Below, piece after piece: positions 28,353 to 32,000 of a stretch of 32,000 bases of DNA; position 1 is the stretch's first letter, and each line of letters starts with the position of its first letter. A program made the position numbers and the translations under genes. This stretch comes from Candidatus Saccharimonadota bacterium (GTDB lineage: Bacteria > Patescibacteriota > Gracilibacteria > BD1-5 > UBA2023), in contig JAXLZO010000001.1 of NCBI GenBank assembly GCA_046350815.1, positions 690,001 to 722,000 of the forward strand. Reading direction: 5' to 3'. Below the pieces are notes generated by a model. The model had not been told where the DNA came from. It made no database searches and saw only the letters and a list, made by a program, of their open reading frames with translations.

Positions 28353-29015
28353 CTAGCGATTGGTTATACGATATCCAAATCATTTTACGGTTTCGATGGA
28401 TTCACGTGAGAGTTTTTTGCGCAGGTATCCGATATAGACATCTACTACTTTTGGGTCGCCTGATCAAGATCGCTCACCCCATACTTGTTCGAGAAGTGAG
28501 TCTCGAGAATGCACCTGCTTACTTTGCACAACAAGAGCAGAAAGGAGATGAAATTCTCGTGGTGATAGATCAATTACATGCCCACAATATTTCACACATT
28601 TACTCATAGTATTAATATAGATGTTACCAAAAGTAATTTCTTGTGATTTATGGTCCATATCGCGACGAACCAGTGCTCGTCCACGTGCTATGAGCTCATC
28701 GTAATCAACCGGTTTCACCATATAATCATCAGCTCATATGTTGAGAAGTTCAATTTTATCAACAGTGCGTGATCGAGAGGTAAGTACAAGAATTGGAATG
28801 GTATACCCATTGTTACGTATTTCTCAGCATACATCCCGACCATCTCTATCTGGTAGTCCAAGATCAAGTATAATTATATCAAATTTTTCCTGAGCTAACT
28901 CATATATTCCCTCGCGAGCGTTTGATCGCCAAATTACGGATATGTCTTCGAGTGCAAGATATCGAATAAGAGGAGTTGCAACTTCTTGTATATCTTCGAT
29001 CAGGAGGATTTTCAT
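28353..29015 (-). CDS. OmpR/PhoB-family response regulator
   Basis: MKILLIEDIQEV..DIIILDLGLPDRDG..LVLTSRS..-G-ADDYMVKPVDYDEL (TGA 28734-28736), and a winged helix LSPREFHLLSAL..VDVYIGYLRKKL..VK-G-FGYRI. The stop lies 1 nt before the HK ATG. Confidence 0.9.
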
Positions 29016-29077
29016 AATTTTACTAAATTATAGCTATAATAACAAGGAAAATAGCTTCGTCCAGAAGCTCTGATGAA

Positions 29078-29104
29078 AAAAGGAATCAAGATTTGATTCC
29101 TTTT
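29078..29104 (-). terminator. intrinsic terminator after the Spy-like gene
   Basis: AAAAGGAATCAA-gat-TTGATTCCTTTT (symmetric A/T runs), 35 nt downstream of the stop at 29139. Confidence 0.65.
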
Positions 29105-29138
29105 GAGCGAATGTAAAACTTTCTATTCACCGTTACGG

Positions 29139-29714
29139 TTAATTCGATTCTTCAGTAAACTCTTTTTTCATTGATTTCATCATATTTCCACGATGTCCGC
29201 GATCACCATTTTGTGGCTTATGAGAATCAAGAAACGTTTGCTCCTCGGTTGTGAGAGTTTCATTCTTTTCGAGCTTGGTGTGAATAGCATCCATCTGTGC
29301 ACGTTCCGCTTTCATTTTCGCACGTTCCGTCTTTATTTCACTGACCACTCCTTTGTCAGCATCGCTGAGGCTTTCGCCATTGAGGAGTTTGTCTATAACA
29401 GCATCACGTGCGTCCATTTTTGCTTTTTGTTCGTCCATTTTTTTCTGGAAGAATTCTTTTTTCTGAGCATCTGTCATACTCTCGAGGGATTTCTTTTCAT
29501 CATCTGTGAGAGATTGCATACTATGCATCATCGGCATACCCATCTTATAGTTTCATTGAGAATTTTTTATATTGTTCCGTGTGTGCTTTTGTGTGCTGGT
29601 AGATTTAACCGATGATGAATCGGTGGAGGTATTGTTGGCAAATGTTACACCAACGAAAGAGCTTGCCACTATGGCTGGCATTACGATAAGTGCCGTGAGA
29701 ACTGATTTGTTCAT
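29139..29714 (-). CDS. secreted Spy/CpxP-like helical protein (LTxxQ-type repeats), 191 aa
   Basis: Signal peptide MNKSVLTALIVMPAIVASSFVGVTFA, then SLTDDEKKSLESMTDAQKKEFFQKKMDEQKAKMDARDA... and a basic/His-rich tail. Pieces 29553-29813 and 29139-29543 are joined by one TGA. Confidence 0.55.
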
Positions 29715-29781
29715 ATATCTAAAGATAATAAGTAAGTATGTAACTCCGTCTGGAGTACACACATACTCTAACCGAATGTTA

Positions 29782-29798
29782 GTAAGAGATAGGTAAGA
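29782..29798. promoter_or_regulatory. tandem GTAAGA direct repeats with 11-bp phasing (candidate response-regulator site)
   Basis: GTAAGA (29782-29787) and GTAAGA (29793-29798) lie in the divergent region between the Spy-like gene and the DUF2304-GT2-galE operon. They overlap an AAGAGAT/ATCTCTT hairpin. Confidence 0.3.
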
Positions 29799-29892
29799 AT
29801 CTCTTATTGTCATTAGTATTCACTTAATTTCGCTTTGGAAGAACCATTTTTCTTCGTATAATCTCAGTAATTGTTTGGATTAACACATCCAT

Positions 29893-30246
29893 ATGTTGCT
29901 CACACCTCTTCAGATATTTTTCGTAGTATCGGGAACTATCATTCTTATCATTGCTTTGGATGTAGCACGCCGAGAGCGCTTTAATGCGCTTCATTTTCTG
30001 GTGTTTATTGGTGTCGGTCTTTGATTGCTTGTTTTTACTCTCTTTCCAAAAATTCTTGATCTTATCGGGCACATGGTTGGACTTCAGCGATGAGCTGATG
30101 CACTTGTGTATGCGGCGATTATATTTTTGATGTATTTTTCGTTACTATTACTCAGAAAAATCGAAGCAACCAATGCTGTATTAACGATGCTTACTCGGGA
30201 AATTGCTCTCTCAAAATTTAAAAAACATAACGATGAAAAAAGATAA
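29893..30246 (+). CDS. DUF2304-family small membrane protein (117 aa)
   Basis: MLLTPLQIFFVVSGTIILIIALDVARRERFNALHFLVFIGVGL-G-LLVFTLFPKILDLIGHMVGLQR-G-ADALVYAAIIFLMYF..LTREIAL. It is absent from the track because of 2 TGA. This family typically precedes a GT2 gene. Confidence 0.7.
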
Positions 30247-30940
30247 ATTTCTTTTCATAGTTCGCGCATACAATGAGGTATCTCGTGTCTGAATAGTGAT
30301 CCAGGCACTCTTAGATGCATGATTTTCTGAAATTTGTGTTGTGAACGATGGTTCAAAAGATGAAACACAAAAAGTGCTGAATTCATTTTGAAATAAAATT
30401 TATTCTTTAAGGCATCCTATAAATCGAGGTGCCGGAGCAGCGTTGGAGACAGGTTTTGAGTTTGCCCGTAGATATTCGGATGATTATAATTGGGAATACA
30501 TTGTTACTTTCGATGCGGATGGTCAACATGATATTGCCGATATTCATTCCTTTTTTCAAATATTACATAAAAATCCAGGAACACAGGTTATATTTTGATC
30601 TCGATTTATTCAAAAAACTCGATCAAATGTTCCTCTGTTACGAAGAATAGTATTGTATCTTGGAATGATATTTACCAAATGTATTTCTCAGGTACATCTA
30701 ACAGATGCTCATAATGGTTATCGTCTTATCAAAATAGAGGTTGTAAATAGTATTCGCCTCACCATGGATGGCATGGAATATGCAAGTGAACTCATAGATC
30801 AAATCAATAAACTTTGATTCCATATTCATGAAGTACCTGTTAATATTCACTATGATAGCTATACTCTTGGGAAGGGGCAGAGACATGGTTGAATGTTTCG
30901 GATAGCATTTAAAATGGTAATGAATAAATTTTTTCTCTAG
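30233..30940 (+). CDS. family-2 glycosyltransferase (polyprenyl-phosphate sugar transferase-like)
   Basis: FLFIVRAYNE, CVVNDGSKDET, TFDADGQHD, F-G-SRF, LTDAHNGYRL. Verified row by row to TAG 30938-30940. It overlaps the DUF2304 gene by 14 nt. Confidence 0.85.
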
Positions 30941-30947
30941 ATTGTTT

Positions 30948-31946
<999 letters not shown>

Positions 31947-32000
31947 ATTCTTATAAAACTTATTTATCTTTTGCTTTCATGGAACAATATACTGATTATT

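Noticed and set aside
29824-30072. 82-aa minus-strand ORF
   Set aside because: It is antisense to a clear DUF2304-family membrane protein encoded on the plus strand (29893-30246). Its product is Lys-rich and low-complexity.
31979-32000. Possible start of a further gene (ATG GAA CAA TAT ACT GAT TAT)
   Set aside because: Only 7 codons are inside the window, which is too little to support a call.

Overview
This 32-kb window can only be interpreted if TGA is read as glycine (NCBI translation table 25), the code known from Gracilibacteria/BD1-5 and Absconditabacteria/SR1 (candidate phyla radiation). The supplied standard-code ORF track is therefore fragmented. Re-reading by hand with TGA as a sense codon merges the pieces into 36 tightly packed CDS plus one transposase pseudogene. 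All 36 CDS end in TAA or TAG. Thirty of them contain in-frame TGA, many at invariant glycines of well-known motifs. From left to right the content is: a phosphodiester-glycosidase-like fragment; a kinase-like protein; a small basic protein behind a long structured leader; a GNAT / M23 peptidase / nth operon with an IS1595-family element (7-bp target duplication, disrupted transposase) inserted just upstream of it; an ACT-domain protein; a copper/metal module (24-aa Cys-rich peptide behind a palindromic operator, CsoR-family repressor, membrane protein, and a metallothionein-like/TM/Met-rich/DUF305 fusion); a candidate defence island (HExxH protein, Fic, NDT/TIR-like protein, and a GC-rich Type III R-M system with a mosaic mod gene); two stand-alone single-TM micro-genes; a Met-rich membrane protein pair; tatD-rluD; two divergent coiled-coil proteins, one carrying a perfect 193-bp in-frame repeat; ApbE with an FMN-binding lipoprotein; and an envelope/glycan block (nucleotidyltransferase, Nudix-like protein, rmlD, rmlC, HK, OmpR-type RR, Spy/CpxP-like protein, DUF2304, GT2, galE). 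I found no rRNA, tRNA or CRISPR array. All family calls come from motif recognition by eye and memory, not from database searches.
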